This document shows positions 17,631 through 27,649 of a stretch of DNA of 36,308 nucleotides, one piece after another. Each line of letters starts with the position of its first letter. The stretch's first letter is position 1. Source of the stretch: a virus (lineage: Duplodnaviria > Caudoviricetes); the IMG/VR virus record IMGVR_UViG_3300033067_000266, positions 1 through 36,308 of that record. The stretch is one strand, 5' to 3'. A program made the translations under genes and the position numbers. Below the pieces are notes generated by a model that saw only the letters and a program-made list of their open reading frames with translations, was not told where the DNA came from and did not search any database.

Positions 17631-18038
17631 ATGGCAGTTACAGCTACCCCAATTTTCGTACAAACGCCAAAGCAGTATGTGGCAACGTTAACAACGCCTA
17701 CAGCCATTACATCGAGGGCGAATATCACCGGAACAACTGGACTTGTTGTACTTGTACCGGTTGGCGCGACAAACGGTTTCCGGTTAGACAACATTACCGT
17801 AAAAGCTAAAGCGTCGCATGCTGCGGCAATGGTTGGGATTTGGCTGTACGACGGCACTACTTCATATTTATGGAAAGAAATTGATATGGGTACGGCCATC
17901 ACGGCATCTACTACAACTGCATCAAAAGAGACTTCTACAGACTATACGTCTGAATATTTGTTAAGTACGCAGGGGCTTTATGTAAGTATCACGGTGCAGC
18001 AAGACATCAACGTGTTTGCCACGGGTGGAGCCTGGTAA
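17631..18038 (+). CDS. Tail-fibre-associated protein
   Basis: 135 aa, beta-rich, PIFVQTP N-terminus. Confidence 0.7.
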   Translation: MAVTATPIFVQTPKQYVATLTTPTAITSRANITGTTGLVVLVPVGATNGFRLDNITVKAKASHAAAMVGIWLYDGTTSYLWKEIDMGTAITASTTTASKETSTDYTSEYLLSTQGLYVSITVQQDINVFATGGAW

Positions 18039-18961
18039 TGGGATCGTTTGACTATGGCAATGCGTCTGGCGGGGCTATTACAAAATTCACGCAATCAGGC
18101 GTATTGATAACGTCTGGGTCCATTACGGTTCCGCTTGGCACAAAACGCATTGAAGCGATGTTATGCGGCGGAGGCGGAGGTGGCGGGTCTACCGCTCCTG
18201 TTGCTGGTGGTGGCTTTGGAGGTTGCCAAATCTACTTGTTAAACATGGTTGGGGCGTCAACGCTTGACTATGTTATCGGAGCTGGAGGCGCTGCTGCTAC
18301 TACTGGTGGCACAACTACTGTATCCGCCAATGGCGCATTACTTGCCGCTGTCGGCGGCGGTGGTGGGGCCGGGACTGGTAACGATGGCAAAGATGGAAAA
18401 TTTGGCGGCGGCGGTGGCGGTGGCAGTGTTTCATCTGGCGGGGCTGGTGGAGCGCCATTTAATACAAGCACATTGCGATGGTCTGCCCTGGATGTTTGCA
18501 CTAGAAACAGCTCTGTTGCGGTTGGGTCTTACTACTTGGTAGCAACTGGAACATATGGAACGTGCGTTCCAGGGCAAGGTTTTGCCGCAGTCGACACCGC
18601 GTCAGGCGGCGGGGTTGATGGGATTTTGGGGTATGGCGGCGGTGGCGCTGCCATAAATAATATCTGCGGCTGCGGTGGTGGTGGGTGCAATAGTGTATCA
18701 AACCTTTACGGCGGTGGAGGCGGCGGCGTGTCTAACGCTGGCATGTCTCTGGCATCAGTCAGCATTTGGGGCCTTACTGGGTTTGCTGGTGGCGCAGGGG
18801 CTACAGCGGCAGGAGGCGGTGGCGGTATGTTGGCTGTTGGGTCTGCTGCGTCTGGCACGAACGGCGGTAACGGAGGAAGCGGTGGCGGTGGTGGTGGCGG
18901 TGGTACTGGGACTCCCGGAACTGGCGGCAACGGCTTTGTAATATTCCGTTTTTACTCATAA
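18038..18961 (+). CDS. Glycine-rich tail fibre / receptor-binding protein
   Basis: Many poly-Gly runs; C-terminal GGNGFVIFRFY. Confidence 0.8.
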   Translation: MGSFDYGNASGGAITKFTQSGVLITSGSITVPLGTKRIEAMLCGGGGGGGSTAPVAGGGFGGCQIYLLNMVGASTLDYVIGAGGAAATTGGTTTVSANGALLAAVGGGGGAGTGNDGKDGKFGGGGGGGSVSSGGAGGAPFNTSTLRWSALDVCTRNSSVAVGSYYLVATGTYGTCVPGQGFAAVDTASGGGVDGILGYGGGGAAINNICGCGGGGCNSVSNLYGGGGGGVSNAGMSLASVSIWGLTGFAGGAGATAAGGGGGMLAVGSAASGTNGGNGGSGGGGGGGGTGTPGTGGNGFVIFRFYS

Positions 18962-18970
18962 GGTCCAGCC

Positions 18971-19285
18971 ATGAAATACGCAATTATTGAACTCGGCAAA
19001 GTGGTGAATGTAGCCATTGCCGACGCACCCCTAGGGCCGAATTGGGTTCAGCATGACGCGGCAGCAATTGGGTGGCTGTGGGACGGACAGAGCCTATCGG
19101 CACCCGTGGCGCAAGTCCCAACACGCCGCGAAGTAATCACGGCCCGACTGTTGGAAATCGACGCCACAACAGACAAGCCGCGCACACGGCGTGAACTGGA
19201 GTTGAACAAAGGTCCGACCAAAGCATGGTTACAAACGCTGGACGATGAGGCAATTGCATTGCGGACTGAACTGGCGGGGCTGTGA
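18971..19285 (+). CDS. Tail-fibre assembly-like protein
   Basis: MKYAIIELGKVVNV..AAIGWLWDG..; C-terminal LRTELAGL. Confidence 0.7.
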   Translation: MKYAIIELGKVVNVAIADAPLGPNWVQHDAAAIGWLWDGQSLSAPVAQVPTRREVITARLLEIDATTDKPRTRRELELNKGPTKAWLQTLDDEAIALRTELAGL

Positions 19286-19404
19286 TGACTACATTTCTAA
19301 ATTGGATTCGCTCAAAAATCTGCGCGTGGTGCAAATGCAAACCGAACGACGAGAAGGTAAAACCGCAACTTGGGGGCGGCGGTGGGCCAATTGAGCCGGG
19401 TTAA
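19285..19404 (+). CDS. 39-aa peptide with a C-terminal GGGGGPIEPG motif (not in the ORF track)
   Basis: MTTFLNWIRSKICAWCKCKPNDEKVKPQLGGGGGPIEPG; TGATG coupling to the upstream gene; fills the gap exactly. Confidence 0.7.
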   Translation: MTTFLNWIRSKICAWCKCKPNDEKVKPQLGGGGGPIEPG

Positions 19405-19765
19405 TCAGCTAGCTATCGCGTTGTTGCTTATGGGCGCAGCGCGTAACTATGGCTGGCTACTGGCTGACCCACAAGTTATGGGCGTGGCAAGCAAGGCCAT
19501 TGGCGCTATTGCGGCGATCTGCTTCCTTCTGATTATCTGGATGAACTTTCCGCGCAATCTGTTGCTTACGCTTGTCATTGCATGGTATGCGTTTGAAGAA
19601 TTGCAGACTGCAATGTGCAGTGTGATGTATTTGATTAAGCCATGGCCCGTAGAGGCTGGGCAATCAATGTGCAGTGCCCGTATCGGGTTTGATGTTGGTG
19701 CTGTTGGTGTGTTTGTCGTTGGATTATTGGCCTTCAAATTGGTGCATAGCAATGGACCCGAATGA
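19391..19765 (+). CDS. Polytopic membrane protein (about 4 TM segments)
   Basis: Probable TTG start overlapping the peptide gene; four hydrophobic segments; two Cys flank a PWP loop. Confidence 0.75.
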   Translation: MSRVNQLAIALLLMGAARNYGWLLADPQVMGVASKAIGAIAAICFLLIIWMNFPRNLLLTLVIAWYAFEELQTAMCSVMYLIKPWPVEAGQSMCSARIGFDVGAVGVFVVGLLAFKLVHSNGPE

Positions 19766-20099
19766 AATGCAGGACGTAAGCAAAACAGTATCTATAGAAA
19801 TACTGGACGTCCACCTTGATTACATGCGCAAGGACATTCAAAACGTCCTCAAGGGAATGTCGAACATGGCGACAACCGACGACATACAAAAATTAAGCGA
19901 AAGAATGGATAAGTTTGTCACAACTGACCGTTTCGATGCGCTTGAAAAGAAAGTAGATACAGGAACTCTAGGGAGCACATTTTCCAGAGCAATGAAAACT
20001 ATCCAAAGCATCAGCGTAACTGCTGCTGCGGTGGTCGCTTTGCTTGGGATGATTGCCGCACTGGTTCACTTCTATGACAAGCTAAAGGGCGTAATCTGA
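19752..20099 (+). CDS. Coiled-coil protein with a C-terminal TM segment (XhlA/holin-like architecture)
   Basis: Heptad-rich N-terminus followed by ISVTAAAVVALLGMIAALVHF. Confidence 0.65.
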   Translation: MDPNEMQDVSKTVSIEILDVHLDYMRKDIQNVLKGMSNMATTDDIQKLSERMDKFVTTDRFDALEKKVDTGTLGSTFSRAMKTIQSISVTAAAVVALLGMIAALVHFYDKLKGVI

Positions 20100-21640
20100 T
20101 GTTAGCTCTTGTGGACAACTGCGGAACAGGTCTAAACGCAGATTTGACGCCGGAAGAGTTGGGAACTGGTGTATGGACATCCGCATCAAACATTCGGTTT
20201 AACAACGGCTACGCAGAGCGCTTTAAAGGCACTGCTCAGGTGTTTTCTACGCCATCTGTCACCCCATACTACATATCCCCATACGCGACCTCTACGGTGC
20301 GCTATTGGATACACGCAGGGCTAGCATCTACTTATGCAGACGATGGCACCACGCGGACCAATATTACCGGGCCTGCGGGGACTGGTGCGGTAGATGATCG
20401 CTACACAGGCGGGTCTATCAACGGTGTTTACATCCAAAACAACGGTATAGACATTCCTACCTATTGGGCTGGCACTGGTGTGTTGGCAACTATCCCAGGC
20501 TGGGGCGCGACATGGCGGGCGACTGCACTGCGCCCATTCAAGAACTTCATCTTGGCGATGGGAATTACCAAGGGCACGACGTACTACCCACACATGATTA
20601 AGTGGTGTACCGAACTAAACCCCGGCTCCATTACTTCCGCTGGTGATTGGGATGAGACAGACCCAACAAAAGACGCAGGCGAAAAAGACCTGGCCGAAAC
20701 GCCCGACATCATGGTCGACGGTATGCCGATGGGCGACACGTTCATCGTCTACAAAGAGCGATCAATGTATGCAGTTACCTACATCGGGGCACCGTACATT
20801 TTCCGATTCCAGCGTCTGCCAGGTGAAACCGGGATGCTTGCCCGTGGGTGCGGCGTAAACACTCCACTAGGCCACGTTGTATTGACCGCTGGTGACGTTG
20901 TTTTGAACACCGGACAGGGGGTGACATCGATTGCAAATGGAATCGTTAGAGACCTGATTTTTAAGAACATCAGTGTTGACAACTACAAGCGCGCTTTTGT
21001 CACAGCCAATCCGCAGAAAAACGAGGTGTGGGTTTGCTATCCGCATGGAACGGTGACGACATGCAATAAAGCATGCGTGTGGAACTGGGTAGACAAAAGC
21101 TGGAGCGTGCGCGAGTTGTCGAATGTTACCTATGGCGCATTTGGGCAAATCAACTACTCGTCTACAGCGGTGACATGGGACAGCATTGACGCCCTTGGTA
21201 CAACGTGGGATCAGATGGGGTCAACGTGGGACGAGAACGAATATTCCCCAGCAGAAGCGCGTTTACTCATGTGCCACACAACCCCGTACATCAGCTTGCA
21301 GGACAGTGGTACAAATGATTTCGGGGTGCTGATTTCGGCAAGCGTTGAGCGCACAGGTATGACTCTTGGCGACCCGCACACGGTCAAGCTGGTGAGGTCT
21401 ATCTACCCACGCATTGATGGCGAGTTGGGGTCGACGGTATCTGTGCAAATTGGATCGTCAATGTACGCAGACGCCTCGCCAACATGGGGCACCGCACAGA
21501 GCTTCACCATTGGGCAGTCGGAAAAAATCGACTCAATGGCTTCTGGCAAATATATTGCCGTGAGGTTTTCAAATAGCGATTATTACCAGTGGCGCATGAA
21601 GTCTTTCAGCGTTGACTATGACAAGGCCGGGAGGTACTGA
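20099..21640 (+). CDS. Tail hub/nozzle (packaged-DNA stabilisation, beta-propeller type) protein
   Basis: 513-aa beta-rich protein between the adaptor/fibre genes and the ejection genes. Confidence 0.78.
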   Translation: MLALVDNCGTGLNADLTPEELGTGVWTSASNIRFNNGYAERFKGTAQVFSTPSVTPYYISPYATSTVRYWIHAGLASTYADDGTTRTNITGPAGTGAVDDRYTGGSINGVYIQNNGIDIPTYWAGTGVLATIPGWGATWRATALRPFKNFILAMGITKGTTYYPHMIKWCTELNPGSITSAGDWDETDPTKDAGEKDLAETPDIMVDGMPMGDTFIVYKERSMYAVTYIGAPYIFRFQRLPGETGMLARGCGVNTPLGHVVLTAGDVVLNTGQGVTSIANGIVRDLIFKNISVDNYKRAFVTANPQKNEVWVCYPHGTVTTCNKACVWNWVDKSWSVRELSNVTYGAFGQINYSSTAVTWDSIDALGTTWDQMGSTWDENEYSPAEARLLMCHTTPYISLQDSGTNDFGVLISASVERTGMTLGDPHTVKLVRSIYPRIDGELGSTVSVQIGSSMYADASPTWGTAQSFTIGQSEKIDSMASGKYIAVRFSNSDYYQWRMKSFSVDYDKAGRY

Positions 21641-21891
21641 TGGCACGTTACACGCCCGGAAACGTACCAAATGATGCCGCTTCACTAGCGGATTTTTTAC
21701 GCCTGGAGCTATCAAACATAGCCCAGGCAATGGATACCTCAAACGAACGCATTACGTTGGACACGCTCTATGCCGCACCTGAGAAATACCGGGAAGGGAC
21801 TTGTGCGCTGGCTGACGGCGTTACGTGGAATCCCGGCGCTGGTGCTGGAGTCTATGTGTATCGCGGTGCTGCTTGGCATTTACTTGGATAA
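21640..21891 (+). CDS. Small tail protein
   Basis: ADGVTWNPGAGAGVYVY..W motif. Confidence 0.7.
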   Translation: MARYTPGNVPNDAASLADFLRLELSNIAQAMDTSNERITLDTLYAAPEKYREGTCALADGVTWNPGAGAGVYVYRGAAWHLLG

Positions 21892-21903
21892 AAAGGATTA
21901 GAC

Positions 21904-23121
21904 ATGCCTATTAGTGTGAACGGTCAAAGCATTACAGATCAACAAATCAAAGACTTCTATGCCCAAGGTGGAAACGACAACCAATGGTTGCAACAGAATG
22001 GTGTTACTGATCTGAATCAGATCCACCAGTTAGCAAATCAGGCGCGCGATATTGCTGGTAAGAAGTATTCCTCACAGGACTACTTCAAGCAGTATCAAAG
22101 CGCATCGCCTAACGGCGCGTTTGCCAATGACTACAACGGCTGGATGAACAACACCAGCCCAACGCAAAGAGCAGCTATTGAAAACGGTTCTTACACGGGC
22201 GTTGCAAACGCTGGCGGACAAGATTACGGATTCGGCGGCATTTACGGCCCTGGAAGCGCAAATTATGGTACGCCAGGCTATGGGTCTGGACTAGGCAAAA
22301 ACGGCATGGGTGATGGTTGGGACGCTGCTGCTCCATCTGGTGGCTCTACCGGTGGCGGCAATCTAGGCTTCGGCAGTGGCAGTAGCGGGTCTGGCTCTTA
22401 TTCCAGCATGGGCACACAATCTAGCGGTGGGCAAAACCCATACTTGCAACAGCAAGGGCAAGACATCATCCGCCAGATGACGGACAACTACAACCGAAAC
22501 GAGTTACCCGCTATGCGCTCTGGTGCTATGGCTGCTGGTGGCTTCGGTGGGTCGCGTCAAGGAGTTGTCGAGGCTAACGGCTTGAACGACTTGAACCGTG
22601 GCATTGGACAGAACCTGACGAACCTCTACGGGCAGGATTGGACAAACGGGCAGAACCGGAACCTGCAACAACAGTCGATCAACAACAGTTATGACCTTGG
22701 CAGTCGTGGGCTGATCAACCAATATGACCTTGGACTTCGTTCTAGTGATTTGGGATTCGCAAACCTAGATGCAAACATTGCTAACAGCAACTTTAGCAAC
22801 CAACTGAACGCGGCCAACTTCGGGCTGAACGCTACCAATGCTATGAACGGCCAAACCGGCTCAGCCATCCAAGCGGGGACCAACGTACAGCGTACTCCAA
22901 TGGACTATCACAACTATTTCACCAACGCCGCAAATAACGCCGGGGGGTTGGGCGGCAACACGACAGGATCACAGACCAGCGGAAGCAACCCATACGCGTC
23001 GATGGCTGGCGGCGCAATGATGGGGTACGACCTATACAAGCAGTGGAACCAACCGCAGCAAAACCTAGGTATGGGCAGCTCTGACAGAAGCGCCCTATAC
23101 GGCAACATGGGCCAGCCATGA
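21904..23121 (+). CDS. Internal virion / DNA ejection protein
   Basis: Rich in Gly/Asn/Gln; NPYL and AGGFGGSRQGVVE motifs. Confidence 0.75.
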   Translation: MPISVNGQSITDQQIKDFYAQGGNDNQWLQQNGVTDLNQIHQLANQARDIAGKKYSSQDYFKQYQSASPNGAFANDYNGWMNNTSPTQRAAIENGSYTGVANAGGQDYGFGGIYGPGSANYGTPGYGSGLGKNGMGDGWDAAAPSGGSTGGGNLGFGSGSSGSGSYSSMGTQSSGGQNPYLQQQGQDIIRQMTDNYNRNELPAMRSGAMAAGGFGGSRQGVVEANGLNDLNRGIGQNLTNLYGQDWTNGQNRNLQQQSINNSYDLGSRGLINQYDLGLRSSDLGFANLDANIANSNFSNQLNAANFGLNATNAMNGQTGSAIQAGTNVQRTPMDYHNYFTNAANNAGGLGGNTTGSQTSGSNPYASMAGGAMMGYDLYKQWNQPQQNLGMGSSDRSALYGNMGQP

Positions 23122-23579
23122 AAGTAACCTATGGCAAAGGGTTTGAGGTAGAGGCGCATTCCGACCTTACCCCCTATGAAAAAGTAGATGCGTTGGAGGC
23201 TGCTCTGCGAGAAATGGAGCCAGCCGATTTGCCGGTAAAGAACTACTTTTCCAAAGGCGTTTACGCCCGTGAATTGTTCATTCCAAAGGGGACAACCCTA
23301 ACCGGGAAGATCCACAAGTATGAGAACCTGAACATCATGTCTAAAGGCGATATGTCCGTGATGATGGATGACGGCACTGTCAAGCGCGTGCAGGCTCCTT
23401 TCACCATCGTGTCGCCACCTGGCACCCGACGCGCAGCCTACGCGCATGAAGACACGATATGGACAACGATCCACGGCACCGAGTCTACTGATGTTGACGA
23501 GATAGAGGGCATTTTTATTGCCCAAACCCCAGCGGAATACGCTTTGTTTTGTGAAACTCTTTTGAAGATCGGAGACTAA
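23118..23579 (+). CDS. Cupin-fold protein
   Basis: FSKGVYARELFIPKG..GKIHK, SPPGTRRAAYAHEDTIWTTIH. Confidence 0.8.
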   Translation: MKVTYGKGFEVEAHSDLTPYEKVDALEAALREMEPADLPVKNYFSKGVYARELFIPKGTTLTGKIHKYENLNIMSKGDMSVMMDDGTVKRVQAPFTIVSPPGTRRAAYAHEDTIWTTIHGTESTDVDEIEGIFIAQTPAEYALFCETLLKIGD

Positions 23580-23581
23580 TT

Positions 23582-24262
23582 ATGTCTTGGGCAGCAGTAG
23601 CATCAATCGGCGGCGCAGTGATCGGGAAAGCAATTAGCGGAAGTGGTGGAGGCGGACAATCGGCAACCACAGAGCAGAAACGTGAGCCATGGGCACCAGC
23701 ACAGCCCTACATCACAGACAACCTCAAGCGCGGCCAAGAGCTACAAGACTTCTACGAGAAGACGCCGTTCAACCCGCAACAAATACAGAACTACTCCAAT
23801 CTGTTTGCTGACACGAACAATTTCCGCAACAACACTATGCCGGGGTTGCTGAACTTCGCAAACAAAGGCATGACCAGCAGCTATCAGCGGCAAACGGGCG
23901 GCGCTCCCGGTTCTGGTGGCGGGTATGGCGGCGCGGTTCGGCCTGGTGGCCTGCTCCAAAGCGGTACAGGTGCATTTGCACATCCTGTTCAATTGAATGG
24001 TCAAGTAGGCCAGCCCAATGGATTGCTTGATTTGAATGGAGCACAAAACCCGTTTGCAGCGGCCAATAGGCCACCTCCACAGGCAGCGGCAGTTGACCCG
24101 TTGGCAGGGCTTGACCCTGAAACGCTGGCCTATATCAAACAACTGATGGAGCAGAAGAAGTTGAACGACTCGGTTAATTTCCGCGCTGGCGGACTCGGGG
24201 AGGGCGACAGCGGAAACGGCGGGCCGGGTGACTTCGGTGGCTTTGGCGGATTGGGAGAGTAA
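23582..24262 (+). CDS. Internal virion / DNA ejection protein
   Basis: MSWAAVASIGGAVIG amphipathic N-terminus; EPWAPAQPY motif. Confidence 0.75.
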   Translation: MSWAAVASIGGAVIGKAISGSGGGGQSATTEQKREPWAPAQPYITDNLKRGQELQDFYEKTPFNPQQIQNYSNLFADTNNFRNNTMPGLLNFANKGMTSSYQRQTGGAPGSGGGYGGAVRPGGLLQSGTGAFAHPVQLNGQVGQPNGLLDLNGAQNPFAAANRPPPQAAAVDPLAGLDPETLAYIKQLMEQKKLNDSVNFRAGGLGEGDSGNGGPGDFGGFGGLGE

Positions 24263-24265
24263 ACA

Positions 24266-25639
24266 ATGGGACTACTAGACAATCCTGACGGCCTGATGGC
24301 TAGCCCAACCTTTCGCATCGGCTTGGGCCTATTGAGCGGTGGCGGGCAGTCTTCCAACTTCGGACAAATCTTGCAGAACGCCATGCAAGGCAGTGACGAT
24401 TGGAAAATGCGCCAAGCCAAGATGGCGCAGGAAGCGCAGCATGCAGAGATGCAGAAGATGCAAATGCAGCAGATGCAGACCCAAATTGCCCAACAGCAGG
24501 CAGCGGCACAAGAGCAGGCGCGAGTAAACGGAATACTGCCTCAACTAATCAAACAGTCAAGCCCCGGCGCACCAGCAATGAACATGGATTCAATGCTGCC
24601 GCCAGAGCTTCGTGCAGGCACTCCAACTATTGGCGCTATTGCGCCTAGTGCTGGTGGGTTTGATATGCAAGAGGCGTTGCGGCAACGGGTTCCTCTGAAA
24701 ACCATAGAGGAATTGCAGAAGCTAACGGCTGGCCCGGAATTTTCGCCAGAGGTTCGCTACGACCAAAGCGGCAGAGCGTTCGTTACCGCTAAAAACGGCG
24801 CTGTGAAGTTCTTAGACGGAATCAAAGCGCGTGACAAACTTGAAGAAGTGCGACTCGGAGACAAAGTCGGATTCCGTAGTCCGTACAGCACTGAGGTGCA
24901 GGGGAGCCTGCCAATAGGCCAATCTGCCGACAGTAAGGCAACCAACGCAGTCGCATGGGCTAATAACTCGCTTGCAAATCAACGTTTTGCCTACGACAAA
25001 TCACAAGGCGACAAGCCGCAATACATTGAATCACTTGGCGGCTTTGCAATCCCACGCACTCAACAAGTCATGCCAGCCCGCGACATGCAGGGCAACGTGA
25101 TTGAGGGAGCAGGCAAGATGACGGAAGACCAAGCGAAGGCAAGCGGCTGGCTGGTGCAGGCGCAGAACGCGTTTAAGAACATGAACTCCGCAATGGCAAG
25201 TACGCCGTCATCAGCTAAGCCAGGATTCCCGGATCTAGTTGAGGGCGCAGGCCCGTTCGGCATTACATCTGGTATTGCAAACACTATGCGCGGGGCTGAC
25301 CGGCAGAAATTTATACAGGGGTCATCGTCTCTTAGCGAAGCCCTTTTACGTGCCGCAACAGGCGCAGGCGTCAACAAGGATGAGGCTGCGCAAAAGATCA
25401 GGGAAATAACCCCAGTGTTTGGCGAGTCACCAGAAACTACCAAGCAAAAAATGGACTCTATCCCTTTGTATATCGAATCTCTAAAAATGCGATCTGGACC
25501 GGGAGCCAAGAGAGTTTCTTCAATTATGGCTAACACGGTCGATGCTGCTCCTCCTGTGCCAATGAAGGGCATGACAAGAGACGGATACAAGTTCAAAGGC
25601 GGAGACCCATCGCAGCAATCTAACTGGGAGAAAATGTAA
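24266..25639 (+). CDS. Internal virion / DNA ejection protein
   Basis: MGLLD start, Gln-rich coil, ALLRAATGAGV, C-terminal YKFKGGDP..NW. Confidence 0.75.
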   Translation: MGLLDNPDGLMASPTFRIGLGLLSGGGQSSNFGQILQNAMQGSDDWKMRQAKMAQEAQHAEMQKMQMQQMQTQIAQQQAAAQEQARVNGILPQLIKQSSPGAPAMNMDSMLPPELRAGTPTIGAIAPSAGGFDMQEALRQRVPLKTIEELQKLTAGPEFSPEVRYDQSGRAFVTAKNGAVKFLDGIKARDKLEEVRLGDKVGFRSPYSTEVQGSLPIGQSADSKATNAVAWANNSLANQRFAYDKSQGDKPQYIESLGGFAIPRTQQVMPARDMQGNVIEGAGKMTEDQAKASGWLVQAQNAFKNMNSAMASTPSSAKPGFPDLVEGAGPFGITSGIANTMRGADRQKFIQGSSSLSEALLRAATGAGVNKDEAAQKIREITPVFGESPETTKQKMDSIPLYIESLKMRSGPGAKRVSSIMANTVDAAPPVPMKGMTRDGYKFKGGDPSQQSNWEKM

Positions 25640-27567
25640 TGCCCGGACCATGGGATCAGTACGCAGCACAGCCAGAGGCTGCTAGTGGGCCTTGGTCACA
25701 ATACGCAGCACCAAAGCCGCAAACGTCGGTCATGGACGACATTAAACAAGGCGGTATAAATGTGCTGGCTGGCGGGTTGCGCGGCGCTGGATCTATTGGG
25801 TCTACGATTATGCGTGTTTTGCCCAATGCATTGGGTGGAGACAATGCGCAGGAAAACGAAGAACGCAGAGCTAGACTCGACGAGAATGCCCGCAATTTGC
25901 TTGGCGCTGAAACAGACTCTTGGATGTATAAGGGCGGCAAACTGGGCGGCGAAATCGCTGGCACTGCTGGCATGGGCGGGGTAATTGCAAAGCCAATACA
26001 AGCACTTGCGGCGACTCGGTGGGCGTCTGGCATAGAGCCACTTATTGAGGGTGGTGTTAAAGCACTGCAATCTGGAGGGTTCCGTGTTGGCGAGTTGGCT
26101 GGAACTGGTCTAGGCACAGCAATGCGTGTCGGTGCTGGCGCAACCGTTGGAGGTGCTTCTGCTGGCCTTGTAAACCCAGAGGATGCGGGGACAGGTGCAA
26201 AAATTGGTGGTTTGTTGCCAGTCGGAGCGCAGATCGCTGGAAAGGTTGGGGGCGCTCTTTATCGCGGCGCAACTGGTCTAGTTAGGCCGTTGACCCAAAA
26301 AGGCCAAGAACAAATCGCGGCAGAAATATTGCAATCCAGCGCAACAGATGCATCGAAAGCAGCATCAAACCTTGGCAATGCTAGATCGCTGGTGCCAGGT
26401 TCTAACCCAACTGTTGGGCAAGTTGCTAATGATGCTGGACTAGCCCAACTTGAAAGAACGCTTTACAACAATCCAGACGCTCAAATGGCGTTGGAAAAGG
26501 CCTACAGACAACAGGCATTGGCACGGGTAGATGCGCTACGCGGAATAGCCGGAAGCGAATCTGCTGTGGCTGCACAAGAAGCAGCAAGGGACGCAGCTAC
26601 AAAGCCCGTTTACGACCAAGCAAAAAACGCTACATATTTTGTAGATAGCCAACTGAAAAACCTGCTTGACCGGCCAATTGTGCAAAAGGCGATGGAGAGA
26701 GCAAAAACGATTGCAGAAAACGAGGGGCGTCCATTTGGATTTACAACAACATCAAGTGCTCCTTTTAGCGGCGTTGGTGGAGGGGCGGCGGTAACAAAAA
26801 GCAACATCACTGGTCATGGCTTGCAAGACCTGAAGATGGCAATGGATGACATGCTGCGCGACCCAGCATCTGGCATTGTCGGCAAAGAGGCGATGCAGGC
26901 AAAAAACTTGCGCGGGCAAATCGTTAACTGGATGGAGTCTGCAAATCCAGAATTTGGGCAGGCCAGACAAAAGTTTGCAGAAATGTCTAAGCCAATCAAT
27001 GAAATGCAGGTTGGCCAGGAGTTGCTAAATAAGCTGCAACCGGCATTGTCTGATTTTGGGGCCAACGGGCTAGAGACTGGCGCAACGTTTGCCAGACAGT
27101 TAAGGAACTCTGATAAGTTGGCTCAGAATGCCACGGGCTTTAAGGGCGCTGGATCGCTTGAAAAGGTAATGAGCCCTGAGAATATGAAGATTCTCGAAGC
27201 CATCGGGCAAGACTTGGCGCTCAAGTCGAACGGGCAGAATCTTGGCAGGGCTGTTGGGTCACCAACCATGCAGAACATGATGGGCCAAAACCTGATAAAC
27301 CGGGTTGCTGGCTCTGTTGGTCTGCCTCAGTCGTTGTCGCAAAGTGTGATTGCAAATACATTGGCGCGACCTTATGACTTTGTTATGCGCTCTGCACAGC
27401 CAAAAATCAGTGGTTTGCTGGCTGAGGCAATGGCAGACCCTGCTAGGGCTGCGGCACTACTAAAGGCCGTACAGAAACAGGGTGGGTTGCTTGGTGAGCC
27501 AGAGACGCTAGGCCTACTTACTCAGGGGGCTTATCGCGTCGCCCCTCTTTTGGGCGGGGTTCAATAA
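25639..27567 (+). CDS. Large internal virion / DNA ejection protein
   Basis: 642 aa, Ala/Gly-rich and helical; N-terminal GPW.QYAA repeated twice; GSPT motif. Confidence 0.75.
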   Translation: MPGPWDQYAAQPEAASGPWSQYAAPKPQTSVMDDIKQGGINVLAGGLRGAGSIGSTIMRVLPNALGGDNAQENEERRARLDENARNLLGAETDSWMYKGGKLGGEIAGTAGMGGVIAKPIQALAATRWASGIEPLIEGGVKALQSGGFRVGELAGTGLGTAMRVGAGATVGGASAGLVNPEDAGTGAKIGGLLPVGAQIAGKVGGALYRGATGLVRPLTQKGQEQIAAEILQSSATDASKAASNLGNARSLVPGSNPTVGQVANDAGLAQLERTLYNNPDAQMALEKAYRQQALARVDALRGIAGSESAVAAQEAARDAATKPVYDQAKNATYFVDSQLKNLLDRPIVQKAMERAKTIAENEGRPFGFTTTSSAPFSGVGGGAAVTKSNITGHGLQDLKMAMDDMLRDPASGIVGKEAMQAKNLRGQIVNWMESANPEFGQARQKFAEMSKPINEMQVGQELLNKLQPALSDFGANGLETGATFARQLRNSDKLAQNATGFKGAGSLEKVMSPENMKILEAIGQDLALKSNGQNLGRAVGSPTMQNMMGQNLINRVAGSVGLPQSLSQSVIANTLARPYDFVMRSAQPKISGLLAEAMADPARAAALLKAVQKQGGLLGEPETLGLLTQGAYRVAPLLGGVQ

Positions 27568-27643
27568 ACCCAAACAAGCCAGCCAGGAAGGCTATGGCGC
27601 AAATGGCTAAAGCCTTCCAAAGCATGAACTCGGTAAATTCCAT
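27518..27643 (-). CDS. 41-aa antisense single-pass membrane protein (superinfection-exclusion candidate; not in the ORF track)
   Basis: MEFTEFMLWKALAICAIAFLAGLFGFIEPRPKEGRRDKPPE; has its own promoter. Confidence 0.7.
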   Translation of the reverse strand: MEFTEFMLWKALAICAIAFLAGLFGFIEPRPKEGRRDKPPE

Positions 27644-27649
27644 CCCCGC

